Assembly (NCBI GenBank): GCA_963842975.1
Contig: CAWJIH010000009.1
Coordinates: forward strand, 268,310-332,309
Direction: 5' to 3'
Source: an uncultured Actinomycetes bacterium
GTDB taxonomy: Bacteria > Actinomycetota > Actinomycetes > S36-B12 > UBA10799
DNA: 64,000 nt
Positions within the stretch are counted from its first letter, which is position 1. Each line of letters begins with the position of its first letter. The position numbers and the translations under genes were made by a program. The notes beneath the pieces are model-generated. The model was not told the DNA's origin. It did not search any database and saw only the letters and a program-made list of their open reading frames with translations. This document shows positions 9,409 through 21,176 of the stretch, in pieces.

Positions 9409-12400
9409 GTGTCGCTGACCGGCCTGGAGAATCTGCTCACTGATGATCCGGCGGCTCGCCAGTGGACCGCCGCGTCCCGGTCGCGCCAGCAGGTGTCCCT
9501 GCGGCTGACCGCACCCGCAGGGGCCTACGGTGTGCTGTCGGCGCTAGCCGCCCATCCAGACCACGGCGATCGGCCGTTGTTGGTGGTCACACCGACTGTC
9601 CGTGCCGCGGAGGACCTCACAGCCGAGATCGCGGAACTGCTGGGTGAGCATGCGGTTGCGCTGTTCAATGCCTGGGAGACGTTGCCGCACGAACGGCTCA
9701 GCCCAAGCGCCGACGTGGTGGGTCAACGCCTGGCCGTCTTGCGCAGACTCGCGGCGCCGAACCAGGAAGTCCCGGACTCAGCCCAAGGACCCCTGGCAGT
9801 GGTGGTGGCGCCAGTCCGGGCAGTGCTGCAACCCATCGTCGCCGGGCTTGGTCAGGTGGAGCCGGTGGCACTGCGCACGGGTGATGAGATCGCGCCGCTG
9901 GTCCTAGCCACGCGACTGACGGCCACCGGCTACGCCCGCACCGACCTAGTGGAACGCCGCGGACAGTTCGCTGTGCGAGGCGGAATCGTCGACGTCTTTC
10001 CACCCACCAGCGATCACCCGATCCGGCTGGAGTTCTTCGGCGACGAAGTCGAGCAGCTGCGCTACTTCGCGGTCACCGACCAACGGTCACTTGCCGTCAC
10101 CGACCAACTCTGGGCGCCGGTCTGCCGGGAGCTCCTCCTCACCGACGACGTGCGTGCCAAAGCTGCGACGCAGCTGCGGGAGTATCCGCAGTTGGCGGAT
10201 CTGCTCGGCCCGGTGTCAGAGGGAATCGCAGTGGAGGGGATGGAGGCGATCGCACCATTGGTGGTCGACGGGCTCACGACCTTGGCCGAGTTGCTGCCCG
10301 AGGATGCTGCCGTGGTGGTGGTCGATCCGGATCGAGTCGCGGCCCGCGCCGACGAGTTGGTGGCCACGTCTGAGGAGTTCCTGGCCGCAGGCTGGGACGT
10401 CGCCGCAGGCGGTGGAAAGGTGCCGGTAGCACTGGCGGAGTCGGCCTACCGTTCGCTCGCACAGATTCGGACCACGGCAGACCATCGAGGTCAGGCCTGG
10501 TGGCAGTTGACGCCGTTCTCCGCCGAGCCGACGGACGAAACCGAAACCGCGCCTGCCGAACGCAGCGAGTCGGGCATCGACCTGCGTTTGGATGCCGCCG
10601 GAGCCCCGCGCTACCGCGGCGATGTGCCGCTGGCGGCAACCGATATTGGTTCCCGGTTGGATGAAGGCGATCGGGTGATTGTGGTCGCGGGCGGGCACGG
10701 ATCAGCCCAACGGCTGGTGGAACGATTCGCCGAACTCGACCTGCCCGCGCGGATTGCCGAGGCCGGGGACGTCGCCGGGGTGCACGGTGCTGGCAGCGCT
10801 GTTCCGAACAGTGACGAGCCGACCGTGGTGGTGACGACCGGACGCTGGCAGACCGGATTCGTCGACGATGTCGCCCGCCTGGTGGTCCTCACCGAATCAG
10901 ACTTGATGGGCGCCTCGTCAACCACGCAAACACAGCGGATGCCCACGCGGCGGCGGCGCGCGGTTGATCCGCTGACCTTGGCCACGGGCGACTATGTGGT
11001 GCATGAGCAGCACGGTGTCGGCCGCTATGTGGAAATGATCGAGCGCACGGTTGCCGGCTCCACCCGTGAGTACCTGGTGATCGAGTACGCCCCGAGCAAG
11101 CGGGGCCAGCCGCCGGACCGGCTATTTGTGCCCACGGATCAACTGGATCAGGTGAGCCGCTACGTCGGCGGGGAAGCGCCTTCGGTCCACCGGCTGGGAG
11201 GTGCGGACTGGCAGAAGGCCAAGGGGAAGGCGCGCAAAGCCGTCCGCCAAATCGTTGATGGCCTGGTGAAACTGTATGCCGCCCGGCAGCGCGCCAAGGG
11301 GCGTGCGTTCGGCCCGGACACACCGTGGCAGCGCGAACTCGAAGACGCGTTTCCCTATCAGGAAACCCCCGATCAACTCGCCAGCATCGATGAGGTGAAG
11401 GCGGACATGGCCCAGCCGGTCCCGATGGATCGGGTGATTTGCGGCGACGTCGGCTTCGGCAAGACCGAGATTGCCGTGCGGGCCGCGTTCAAGGCTGTGG
11501 CCGATGGCACCCAGGTGATTGTGCTTGTGCCCACCACGCTGTTGGCCCGTCAGCACCTGCAGACCTTCACCGAGCGCTTCGCCGCGTTCCCGGTGAAAGT
11601 TGCCGGCCTGAGTCGATTCACGAGTGACGCCGAAGCTCGAGCCGTGCTGGCAGGGCTCGCGGATGGCAGCGTCGACGTCGTGATCGGCACCCACCGGCTG
11701 CTCGGCCCGAAGACGAAACTGAAGAATCTCGGGCTGGTCATCATCGATGAGGAGCAGCGTTTCGGCGTCGAACACAAGGAGCATCTCAAGGCCTTGCGCA
11801 CGAACGTCGACGTGCTGACGATGTCAGCCACCCCGATTCCACGCACGCTTGAGATGGCCGTCACCGGGATTCGCGAGATGTCCACCATCACAACTCCGCC
11901 GGAAGAGCGGTTGCCGGTCTTGACCTTCGTCGGCCCCTATAACGACCGTCAAGTGGCCGCGGCGATCCGCCGGGAACTCACCCGCGACGGGCAGGTTTTC
12001 TTCCTGCACAATCGGGTGGCGTCGATCAACAAGATGGCGGCCAAGATCGCCGAATTGGTGCCGGAGGCCCGAATCGCGGTGGCACATGGGCAGATGAATG
12101 AGGACGCCCTCGAGAAGGTGATGGTGGACTTCTGGGAACGTTCCTTCGACGTGCTGGTGTCCACCACGATCGTCGAATCCGGCCTCGACATTCCGAATGC
12201 CAATACCTTGATTGTGGATCGCGCCGAACGCTTCGGGCTGAGTCAACTGCACCAGATTCGTGGTCGAGTCGGGCGTGGTCGGGACCGCGCCTACGCCTAC
12301 TTCTTCTTCGATGCCGACACCCCCTTGAGTGAAACTGCCTACGAGCGGCTGAGCACCATCGCCGCGCACACGGACCTCGGATCCGGCATGGCTGTAGCCA

Positions 12401-13020
12401 TGAAGGACCTTGAGATTCGGGGGGCGGGAAACCTCCTCGGTGGCGAGCAGTCCGGCCACATCGCAGACGTTGGCTTCGACCTCTACGTGCGGATGGTCGG
12501 CGAAGCACTTGCGGAAGTGAAGGGTGAGGGCGACGCTGTGGCCGAAGGTCCGGGCACCCGGGTGGAACTGCCGCTGGATGCGCACATCCCAAGGTCCTAC
12601 GTGCCGGACGAACGTTTGCGCCTGGAGGCATACCGCCGACTCGCGGAGGCCAACACCGACGATGCCGTCACCGAACTGCACGACGAATTGGTGGATCGAT
12701 ACGGCCGCCTGCCCGACCCGGTGGAGGCCTTGGTCGCCGCCGCGCGGCTGCGGATTCGGCTCCGCGGAATTGGCGTCACCGAAATCACGGCAGCCGGCAA
12801 CCGGATTCGGATTGAGGGCCTGGCATTGCCCGATTCGATGCAGGTGAGGTTGCACCGGCTCTATCCAGAGGCGACCCTGAAACCTGCAAGCAGGACGGTG
12901 CTCCTCCCGATGCCGAAGACCGCTAGAGTCGGGGGGAAACCATTGGTCGGATCCGACCTCATGGCATGGGTCGACAAGTTCATCGATTCAGTGGCTGGGC
13001 TCGCAACACCCGCCCGCTGA
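9409..13020 (+). CDS. mfd: transcription-repair coupling factor
   Basis: 1203 aa; CarD-like GDYVVHEQHGVGRY, helicase motifs GDVGFGKTE, DEEQRFG, TRG motif region. Confidence 0.95.
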   Translation: MSLTGLENLLTDDPAARQWTAASRSRQQVSLRLTAPAGAYGVLSALAAHPDHGDRPLLVVTPTVRAAEDLTAEIAELLGEHAVALFNAWETLPHERLSPSADVVGQRLAVLRRLAAPNQEVPDSAQGPLAVVVAPVRAVLQPIVAGLGQVEPVALRTGDEIAPLVLATRLTATGYARTDLVERRGQFAVRGGIVDVFPPTSDHPIRLEFFGDEVEQLRYFAVTDQRSLAVTDQLWAPVCRELLLTDDVRAKAATQLREYPQLADLLGPVSEGIAVEGMEAIAPLVVDGLTTLAELLPEDAAVVVVDPDRVAARADELVATSEEFLAAGWDVAAGGGKVPVALAESAYRSLAQIRTTADHRGQAWWQLTPFSAEPTDETETAPAERSESGIDLRLDAAGAPRYRGDVPLAATDIGSRLDEGDRVIVVAGGHGSAQRLVERFAELDLPARIAEAGDVAGVHGAGSAVPNSDEPTVVVTTGRWQTGFVDDVARLVVLTESDLMGASSTTQTQRMPTRRRRAVDPLTLATGDYVVHEQHGVGRYVEMIERTVAGSTREYLVIEYAPSKRGQPPDRLFVPTDQLDQVSRYVGGEAPSVHRLGGADWQKAKGKARKAVRQIVDGLVKLYAARQRAKGRAFGPDTPWQRELEDAFPYQETPDQLASIDEVKADMAQPVPMDRVICGDVGFGKTEIAVRAAFKAVADGTQVIVLVPTTLLARQHLQTFTERFAAFPVKVAGLSRFTSDAEARAVLAGLADGSVDVVIGTHRLLGPKTKLKNLGLVIIDEEQRFGVEHKEHLKALRTNVDVLTMSATPIPRTLEMAVTGIREMSTITTPPEERLPVLTFVGPYNDRQVAAAIRRELTRDGQVFFLHNRVASINKMAAKIAELVPEARIAVAHGQMNEDALEKVMVDFWERSFDVLVSTTIVESGLDIPNANTLIVDRAERFGLSQLHQIRGRVGRGRDRAYAYFFFDADTPLSETAYERLSTIAAHTDLGSGMAVAMKDLEIRGAGNLLGGEQSGHIADVGFDLYVRMVGEALAEVKGEGDAVAEGPGTRVELPLDAHIPRSYVPDERLRLEAYRRLAEANTDDAVTELHDELVDRYGRLPDPVEALVAAARLRIRLRGIGVTEITAAGNRIRIEGLALPDSMQVRLHRLYPEATLKPASRTVLLPMPKTARVGGKPLVGSDLMAWVDKFIDSVAGLATPAR

Positions 13021-13036
13021 CCACAAGGAGGCACAC

Positions 13037-13691
13037 GTGATGATTCGCCGTCGGGTGAAGGTCGGGGTCGGCATTGCCCTGGCCGGGATGGCTTTGTCGG
13101 CCTGTGCTGGCACCTCCCAGGCTGGCTCGGCGGTGGTGTGGGATTCCGGTCGCATCACGGAGGAGCAGCTCGCCGAGCAGGTGGACATCATTGCGGCCAT
13201 CGATAACCTCGATGTATCACCGCAACTGACGAACGAGGTACTCAACTTCCTTGCCCAGGAGGTCCTCATCACGGAGGCTGCCGACCGACTGGGGGTGTCT
13301 GTGACCCCGGGGAACGTGGAGCGGGGTGCCGTTGAGGCAATCGAAGCTAGCGGCGGGGAGGAAGAGATCGCCGCGAACCTGGCGGCAGCGTCGGAGGCCG
13401 AATTCGACGATTACGTTGAACTCATCGGCTCGTTGGTGCGCCGCAACCTGCTGCTCGAACAAATCGCTGAAAACCTGGCACCCGAGTCTGCCGAGTCTGG
13501 TCTGCCAGAAGAGGTGCTGGACTACTTGTCCGAGACCAGCGTGGAGATCAACCTCGGACACAAACCCGCGCTTCGGGGTGTGGGATCCGTTGAACCTGGC
13601 GGCACGGACGAATCCGGATCAACTTTCGCGCCCAGCCGACAATGCAGAGGCGGAGCTGCCCGAAGGCTTCATCCTGCCGGAGGGCAACTAG
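13037..13691 (+). pseudogene. SurA-N-like lipoprotein, apparent frameshift near 13552-13566
   Basis: Lipobox LSAC after the signal helix. Frame 2 reads sensibly to ...SETSVEINL. The conserved-looking NPRFGVWDP... tail continues in frame 3 to the stop at 13691. The frame-2 tail to 13801 is Arg/Gly-rich nonsense overlapping mazG. Confidence 0.55.
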
Positions 13692-13712
13692 ACCGACGCA
13701 CTGCGCGAACTC

Positions 13713-14351
13713 GTGGCGGTGATGAACACCTTGAGATCGCCAGGGGGCTGCCCGTGGGACGCCGAACAGACTCACACGAGTCTGCTGCCGTACCTGCTTG
13801 AGGAAACTTACGAAACCATCGAGGCCGTGGAGTCCGGCGATATCGCAGGGCTAGAGGAAGAACTCGGCGATCTGCTGCTGCAGGTGGTGTTTCACGCGCG
13901 CATCGCATCGGAGTCGCCGTCGGGGTTCGATATCGACGACGTGGCCGCTGGAATCACCGAGAAGTTGATCCGCCGTCACCCGCACGTTTTCGCCGACGAC
14001 GAGGTTCCGACCGATGGGGACGCTCGCTGGTGGGAACTGAAGCAGGCGGAGAAGAGTCGGACGTCGGTCACGCAGGGGGTTCCGCTGGGCTTACCTGCAC
14101 TTGCGTTGGCCACAAAACTGCGGCACCGGTCTCGAGCCGGCGGCCTCGAGGTCGAGCCTGCGGATCCGCCCGCCCAGAGGGCCGCAGCGGAGCTGCTCGC
14201 TAGCTTCGGTGATGACCCGCACGCTTTGGGTGAGGTGTTTATGGCGCTGGTGGTGGAAGCCGATCGCAGGGGGTGGGACGCCGAATCGGTGGCCCGATCC
14301 GCGGCCAGGTCCTACCGCGACCGACTGCGCGCCGCCGAGACGGAACAATGA
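13713..14351 (+). CDS. mazG: nucleoside triphosphate pyrophosphohydrolase MazG
   Basis: CPWDAEQTH, EETYE..., EELGDLLLQVVFHA MazG motifs. Confidence 0.9.
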   Translation: MAVMNTLRSPGGCPWDAEQTHTSLLPYLLEETYETIEAVESGDIAGLEEELGDLLLQVVFHARIASESPSGFDIDDVAAGITEKLIRRHPHVFADDEVPTDGDARWWELKQAEKSRTSVTQGVPLGLPALALATKLRHRSRAGGLEVEPADPPAQRAAAELLASFGDDPHALGEVFMALVVEADRRGWDAESVARSAARSYRDRLRAAETEQ

Positions 14352-15685
14352 CCCCGCGGGAGGTTGAGCGGGCGCGGCCGGGCGGACGACCACCGCCGGG
14401 CACCGGTGTGCTCCGTGCCGTCAAACTCGCCAACATGTCGGCCACGATGATGGCGCGGGCAGGTTACGGGCGGGTGCGGGTTTGGCGCGGGGAGAACCGT
14501 GCCAGTGTCCGCGACGAGGTTTCCCGAGCCAATGCGGCCACCATGCGTCACACCCTTGGTTCACTCAAGGGCGGCGCACAAAAGGCCGGCCAACTGCTCT
14601 CCACAGTGGATTCGCTGCTGCCGGCCGGAGAGTGGCGGGAAGCTGTGGATTCGCTGCAGGAGGCCGGCAATCCGGTTGGCTTCGACGTCATGGCCCCGGT
14701 GCTGGCGAAGTCGCTGGGGGCGAACTGGCGGGATCGGTTTGCCGAATTCGATCCGACGCCGGTGGCATCCGCCTCACTGGGTCAGGTGTATCGGGCGCGC
14801 TGGGCGGCCGACGGTCGCCAGGTGGCGGTGAAGGTTCAGTATCCCGGAGTTGATTCCGCGGTACGGGCCGATCTGACCGGCCTGACGTGGGCGCTGCGGC
14901 TGGCTGCACTCGTGAGTCCGGGGATGGCTGCTGCGCCGGTGGCTCACGAATTGCGCACCCGGGTTGAGGGGGAGTTGGACTACGTCGCCGAGGCCGATGC
15001 CCAGCGAACGTTCGCCCGCGCCTTCGACGGCGACGAAGACATCGCGGTGCCCGACGTGGTTACCGCCCGCTCGCAGGTGTTGATCACGGAATGGTTGACC
15101 GGCACCTCGCTGGCGCGGTACGCGGAGTCGGGTCCGCAGGATGGTCGCGATGTGGTGGGCACTCGCTTCCAACGGTTCACCCTGAGCTCGCCGGCCCGTA
15201 CCGGCCTCTTGCATGCCGACCCGCACCCGGGGAACTTTCGGGTGCTGGACGATCAACGCCTTGGGGTGCTCGATTTCGGGGCTGTGGTGCCGATGCCCGG
15301 TGGCCTGCCCGAGACCTTCGGGCACTTGATCTCAGCAATGCGGTCCGACGATCCGGCCCAGGTACATAGCCGGCTGCGGCAGGCGGGGTTGGTGCGTGCG
15401 GGTGCCCAGCTTGACACCCGCGCCCTGATGGATTTCCTGGGCCCGTTCTCCGATCCTGCACGCCACGAAGTCTTCACTTTCAGCCCCTCGTGGCTACAGC
15501 AGCAGTTCGCGCGGGAACACGATCCGCGCAATCCCGACTATTCGGTGGCGCTGCAGTTGACCCTGCCACCGGAGCAACTCATGACTCATCGGGTCTGGTT
15601 GGGAGTGGTGGGCGTGCTGGCACGGTTGAACGCCACAGTTGAGGTGCTGCCCGAATTGCGGCGCTGGCTGCCCGGAATCACCTGA
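14349..15685 (+). CDS. ABC1/UbiB (AarF) atypical kinase family protein
   Basis: ASASLGQVYRARW...VAVKVQYPG, HADPHPGNF motifs; ATGA overlap with the mazG stop used as start. Confidence 0.75.
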
Positions 15686-16559
15686 GGTCCAGGCGCTCTC
15701 TGGCGGCCGACAGGTGTGGGCCTTCGCGCACGGAGCGGGGGACTCGCGCCAAGGCGGTGCGCATTGATCGCAGAGTCACCGTGGCTTGGACGTCGAGCAT
15801 CGGCCCAGCGGCCATGAACCTGCCCGCCGGGGCGAAGATGCCCCCCAGCAGGGGCACTCCGGCCTCCGACAACCCTCCGGCCAGCGACCCCCGAACCCTC
15901 GACGGCAGCAGGGCGAAAGCCGTCGCCACTATGGTCGCCCACCCGGGGGCAGCAGGGGTCAGCCAGCGGACTTTGGTCGGCATCGGTGGGATCAATGCGA
16001 ATCGGACGAAGTCGACTGCCTGTTCGGTGGCGACCAGGCTGGGTGCGATCGAATGCATGTACAACTTCAAGGAGGCAACATCGGTGAAGACGTCCGCTGG
16101 GTCCAAACCCACGAGTTCTGCGGCAATGCGCTGTTCGAATACATAACGATCGGCCTCATCGGCGGACATGGGTGCGCCGGAACGCCGGTAACAGTCCAAG
16201 AGCGAATCGACGAAGCCCGCGTGAACCCACAGCAACCAGTCCGGATCGTCTAGACCAAGCCGATGATGCAGGCGCCGAACCATGCTCGCGGCGCGCTCCG
16301 CCTCCTCGCTGGTGCCGTAAGTGATCGCGCCGATGTATTCGGCCGTTCGGGCCAGCCGACCCCAGGGATCACGGCGGTAGTCGCTGGCCTCAGCGGCGGC
16401 AATCATCGGGCCAGGGAGCATGGTTTGCAGCAGGATCGCCCGCACCCCGCCGATTCCGATCACCGGATCGGAGTGGACCCGCCAGGTGATGGAACTCGGG
16501 CCGAAGAGTCCAGGATCCGAAGATGTCGTGTCTGGCTGTCCGTAGGTCAACTCTGGCAC
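15678..16559 (-). CDS. oxygenase MpaB-family (DUF2236) protein
   Basis: ITWRVHSDP...GGVRAILLQ...RRDPWGRL.RT pattern typical of DUF2236. Confidence 0.65.
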   Translation of the reverse strand: MPELTYGQPDTTSSDPGLFGPSSITWRVHSDPVIGIGGVRAILLQTMLPGPMIAAAEASDYRRDPWGRLARTAEYIGAITYGTSEEAERAASMVRRLHHRLGLDDPDWLLWVHAGFVDSLLDCYRRSGAPMSADEADRYVFEQRIAAELVGLDPADVFTDVASLKLYMHSIAPSLVATEQAVDFVRFALIPPMPTKVRWLTPAAPGWATIVATAFALLPSRVRGSLAGGLSEAGVPLLGGIFAPAGRFMAAGPMLDVQATVTLRSMRTALARVPRSVREGPHLSAARERLDLR

Positions 16560-16686
16560 GGTTCAAGTGTGACCGGATTCGAGACTTCCCGCACCTGCTC
16601 GGGGTGCCAACTGTTCACTTTCAGATCTTGTGCCGCTGGGCAGCATCGGGGTCCAGTTGGCCGCTAGGGTGAGGCGAACTCGTTGA

Positions 16687-17988
<1,302 letters not shown>

Positions 17989-18003
17989 GCGACGCTAGGA
18001 CGC

Positions 18004-18381
18004 ATGTCCGCGAAGCTTGCCAATCCTGCTGTTCGAGCAGGGATCCTCGCGCTGGTCGCCATCGTGATCGCCATGAGTCTTGCGGTGCCGTTGCGTTCTT
18101 TCGTGCGGCAATCCGGGGACAATGCGGCGTTGGCGGCGGAGATCGCGGACAAGGAACGCAACATTGCCGAACTGCAGTCCGAGATCGACAACTGGAACGA
18201 TGAGGCCTACGTCGAAGCCCAGGCCCGGGCTCGCTTGTCCTACGTGTTTCCGGGTGAAACCGGGTACGTGGTGGTAGACGAAGGCGGTTCCAGCGATAGC
18301 CGGCTGCCGGAGAAATCCGACGACTTCACTTCTGGGTCCTGGTACGAACGGTTCTGGGCGAGTGTCGAAGACGCCCGTTAG
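18004..18381 (+). CDS. septum formation initiator (FtsB/DivIC family)
   Basis: Single N-terminal TM helix, coiled-coil ...IAELQSEIDNWND..., ARARLSYVFPGE; conserved position after eno. Confidence 0.75.
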   Translation: MSAKLANPAVRAGILALVAIVIAMSLAVPLRSFVRQSGDNAALAAEIADKERNIAELQSEIDNWNDEAYVEAQARARLSYVFPGETGYVVVDEGGSSDSRLPEKSDDFTSGSWYERFWASVEDAR

Positions 18382-19822
18382 CCCGATCGACTACTCGGCA
18401 GTGGTCGGCCAACTCGGTCGACCACTGCGGGGTGAAGTGTCGGTAGCCCATAGGTGTCCGTGTGGGCAACCGGATGTGGTGGCCACCGCACCGCGACTCG
18501 ATGACGGATCCCCCTTCCCCACCGCCTTCTACCTCACGTGTCCCCGGGCGGTGGCAGCGGCGTCCACCCTGGAATCCGAGGGGGTGATGCCGCTGCTGCA
18601 AAGTCGGCTGGAGTCGGATGCCGAATTTGCCGCTGCCTACCGTCAGGCCCATGAGGATTACCTGCGCCGCCGGGTGGAACTCGGTGGGGAAGTGGCCGAG
18701 ATCGCGGACTACTCCGCCGGCGGTATGCCCACCAGGGTGAAATGCCTGCACGCCCTGGTGGCGCATTCCCTAGCCGCGGGTCCCGGTGTGAATCCGGTGG
18801 GCGATGAGGTTCTCCGCTTGCTACACGAGCGCGGATTGTGGCCGACTGATTCGACCTGTGTGCCGCGCGTGGTCGCCGCGGTCGACTGCGGCACGAACTC
18901 GATTCGGTTGCTCATCGCGCGGTGGGACCCGCAACTACAGGCGTTGGTCGACATTGAACGCACCATGCGGGTCGTACGTTTGGGCGAGGGGCTGGAGTCC
19001 ACTGGGGTGATTTCCGAGGCCGCGCTTGAGCGCACGTTCGCGGCGGTCGACGAATACGCCGCGGCGATGCGCGCCGCAGGGGTGGGTGCGGTGCGATTCG
19101 TGGCCACATCGGCCTCCCGCGACGCCAAGAATCGGGACGACTTCGTTGCCGGCGTTGCCCAACGGCTCGGGGTGGTCCCAGAAGTGATTTCCGGTGACGA
19201 GGAAGCCCGATTGTCCTTCACCGGAGCGGTGTCGTCGCCGCAAGTGGCGGCAGTGGCAGCCACGCCACGGTTGGTGGTGGATATTGGCGGTGGCTCAACC
19301 GAGTTCGTGTTCGGTTCGGAGACGCCGCAAGCCAGTCGAAGCGTGGACATCGGGTGTGTGCGTTTGGCTGAGCGACGGTTGTTCTCGGATCCGCCAACGG
19401 ACGCTGAGATCGCCGCGGTGGCTGCCGATGCCGATGCCGCGATCGCCCTGGCGGCAGCCGAGGTGCCGATCTCCTCGGCGGCCAGCTTGATCGGACTCGC
19501 CGGTACCGTGACCACGGTGGCGGCTATCGCCATGGGCTTGCCGGAGTACGACGCCGACGTGCTCCACGGTGCACGAATCAGTGCAGCCGACGTGCATCGG
19601 GTGGCTGCGCAACTGGCCGGGATGACCTTGGCCGAACGATTGGCGATGCCGGTGATGCATCCAGGGCGTGCCGACGTGATCGTGTCCGGTGCGACGATTC
19701 TCTCGCGGATTGTGACCGCGACCGGGGTGGATCACGTGGTCGTCAGTGAGCGCGACATTCTCGATGGGATTGCTGCCGATGTGGCCGCTGGCGCGGGCGA
19801 ATCTCCCTTGTGGCGTGAATGA
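18362..19822 (+). CDS. DUF501 domain fused in frame to Ppx/GppA-family exopolyphosphatase
   Basis: aa 1-165 resemble DUF501 (CPCG..., FYLTCP, VKCLHA). From ...VAAVDCGTNSIRLLI onward it looks like the Ppx/GppA ASKHA fold. No stop codon separates the two parts. Confidence 0.75.
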   Translation: MSKTPVSPIDYSAVVGQLGRPLRGEVSVAHRCPCGQPDVVATAPRLDDGSPFPTAFYLTCPRAVAAASTLESEGVMPLLQSRLESDAEFAAAYRQAHEDYLRRRVELGGEVAEIADYSAGGMPTRVKCLHALVAHSLAAGPGVNPVGDEVLRLLHERGLWPTDSTCVPRVVAAVDCGTNSIRLLIARWDPQLQALVDIERTMRVVRLGEGLESTGVISEAALERTFAAVDEYAAAMRAAGVGAVRFVATSASRDAKNRDDFVAGVAQRLGVVPEVISGDEEARLSFTGAVSSPQVAAVAATPRLVVDIGGGSTEFVFGSETPQASRSVDIGCVRLAERRLFSDPPTDAEIAAVAADADAAIALAAAEVPISSAASLIGLAGTVTTVAAIAMGLPEYDADVLHGARISAADVHRVAAQLAGMTLAERLAMPVMHPGRADVIVSGATILSRIVTATGVDHVVVSERDILDGIAADVAAGAGESPLWRE

Positions 19823-19829
19823 TGGTGAT

Positions 19830-20339
19830 ATGGAGTTAGTTGTGACGGTCGTCAGCCACGATCGACCGGGTTTGATTGCCGATGTGACCGGGGTGCTGGC
19901 CGACCTGGGTGGCAATCTCGAATCATCGTCGATGACGCTGCTACAGGGTCATTTCGCGTGGACTCTGGTGGTCGACATCGCCTGCGACGTGGAGACTTTG
20001 CGATCCGAGTTGTTGGCGGCATGTCCTACGGGGGTGACAGTCAGTGAGCTTGCGGATGAGGACGAGTCGAATGCCGTCGTGGGTGACCGCGTCGTCGTCA
20101 ACCTCAACGGCGCGGACCGGCGGGGAATCGTTGCCGCTGTTACGCGGGTCTTGGCCGATCGCGGGGGCAACATCGTGGAACTCAGCACACATCTTCACGG
20201 CGGGATGTACATCGGCACCGCGGAAGTTGAGTTTGCCCAGCGGATCGACCTGGAAGCGTTGACGGCTCGGCTGCACGAGGTCGCCACGGAGATCGGCGTG
20301 AGCGTGACCGCGCACCGCGAGGACGCCGACCTGCTGTGA
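19830..20339 (+). CDS. tandem ACT-domain protein (glycine-cleavage regulator GcvR-like)
   Basis: Two copies of the ...DRPGLIA.VT.VLA..GGNI... ACT signature; ATG 19830 chosen (track start is 19746). Confidence 0.65.
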   Translation: MELVVTVVSHDRPGLIADVTGVLADLGGNLESSSMTLLQGHFAWTLVVDIACDVETLRSELLAACPTGVTVSELADEDESNAVVGDRVVVNLNGADRRGIVAAVTRVLADRGGNIVELSTHLHGGMYIGTAEVEFAQRIDLEALTARLHEVATEIGVSVTAHREDADLL

Positions 20340-20884
20340 ACCGTTCTGCACCGTCGACGTTGGGCGTCGCATTGCCTCCTGGCACGATTCGGCCAGTGGT
20401 GGTGGCGCCGGCGGAGGTGTTGTCGAAACGATGTGAGGAAGTCGATCCGGCAGCTCCGGAGATAGTGGAACTGGCCGCTGACCTTGTCGCCACGATGGCG
20501 GTGTCGCCAGGTTGCGTTGGCCTCGCGGCGAATCAGATTGGCCATGGCTTGCGCGTGTTCAGCCTCAATGTGGTGGGCCACCCGAAGACTCGAACAACCC
20601 ACGGCGCCTTTGTGTTGTGCAATCCGCGGATTGTCGCGGCCTCGCGGAATGTGAAGGGTCGTGAGGGTTGTATGTCGGTGCCGGATTGGACCGGCGACGT
20701 CAAACGCGCCACCCGAATCGAAGTGGTGGGTCAACTGCCCATTTCGGCCGAGGAGGTGGTGTTTCGCACCGACGGATTCGAAGCAGTCGCGATCCAACAT
20801 GAAATTGACCACCTCGACGGGGCGCTGTTCCTCGACCGCCTCGTCGACGCCCGCGCCCTGCACCGCCGGGTGGTGTACCAGTAG
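20336..20884 (+). CDS. def: peptide deformylase
   Basis: GVGLAANQIG, EGCMSVP, HEIDHLDG metal-binding motifs; GTGA overlap with the upstream stop. Confidence 0.9.
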   Translation: MNRSAPSTLGVALPPGTIRPVVVAPAEVLSKRCEEVDPAAPEIVELAADLVATMAVSPGCVGLAANQIGHGLRVFSLNVVGHPKTRTTHGAFVLCNPRIVAASRNVKGREGCMSVPDWTGDVKRATRIEVVGQLPISAEEVVFRTDGFEAVAIQHEIDHLDGALFLDRLVDARALHRRVVYQ

Positions 20885-20917
20885 TCCCTCGGCGCTGGCA
20901 TCCATGCCTTGCGTACG

Positions 20918-21002
20918 TGCCCGGGGCGGGACTCGAACCCGCATGCCCCATATGGAGCCGAGGGGTTTAAGCCCTCTGCGTCTGCCATTCCGCCACCCGG
21001 GC
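20918..21002 (-). tRNA. tRNA-Leu (anticodon TAA), long variable arm
   Basis: Reverse complement GCCCGGGTGGCGGAATGG...GAGGG-CTTAAAC-CCCTC...GGGTTCGAGTCCCGCCCCGGGCA folds as a class II tRNA; CCA not encoded. Confidence 0.9.
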
Positions 21003-21176
21003 CGGAGAACTGCAGCAGCACAACTCTAGTTGCCTACGTCTCATTTTTGTGATGCCTAGGTGCGCGTTGGAATCGAATGTCCCAGGATTCGGTTACCTTT
21101 GTGCCATGCAGGGCACACGAAGCACCTTGCGTGAATAGACCAACAGCAATCAGGCCCACGTACCCAGGAGGATACT

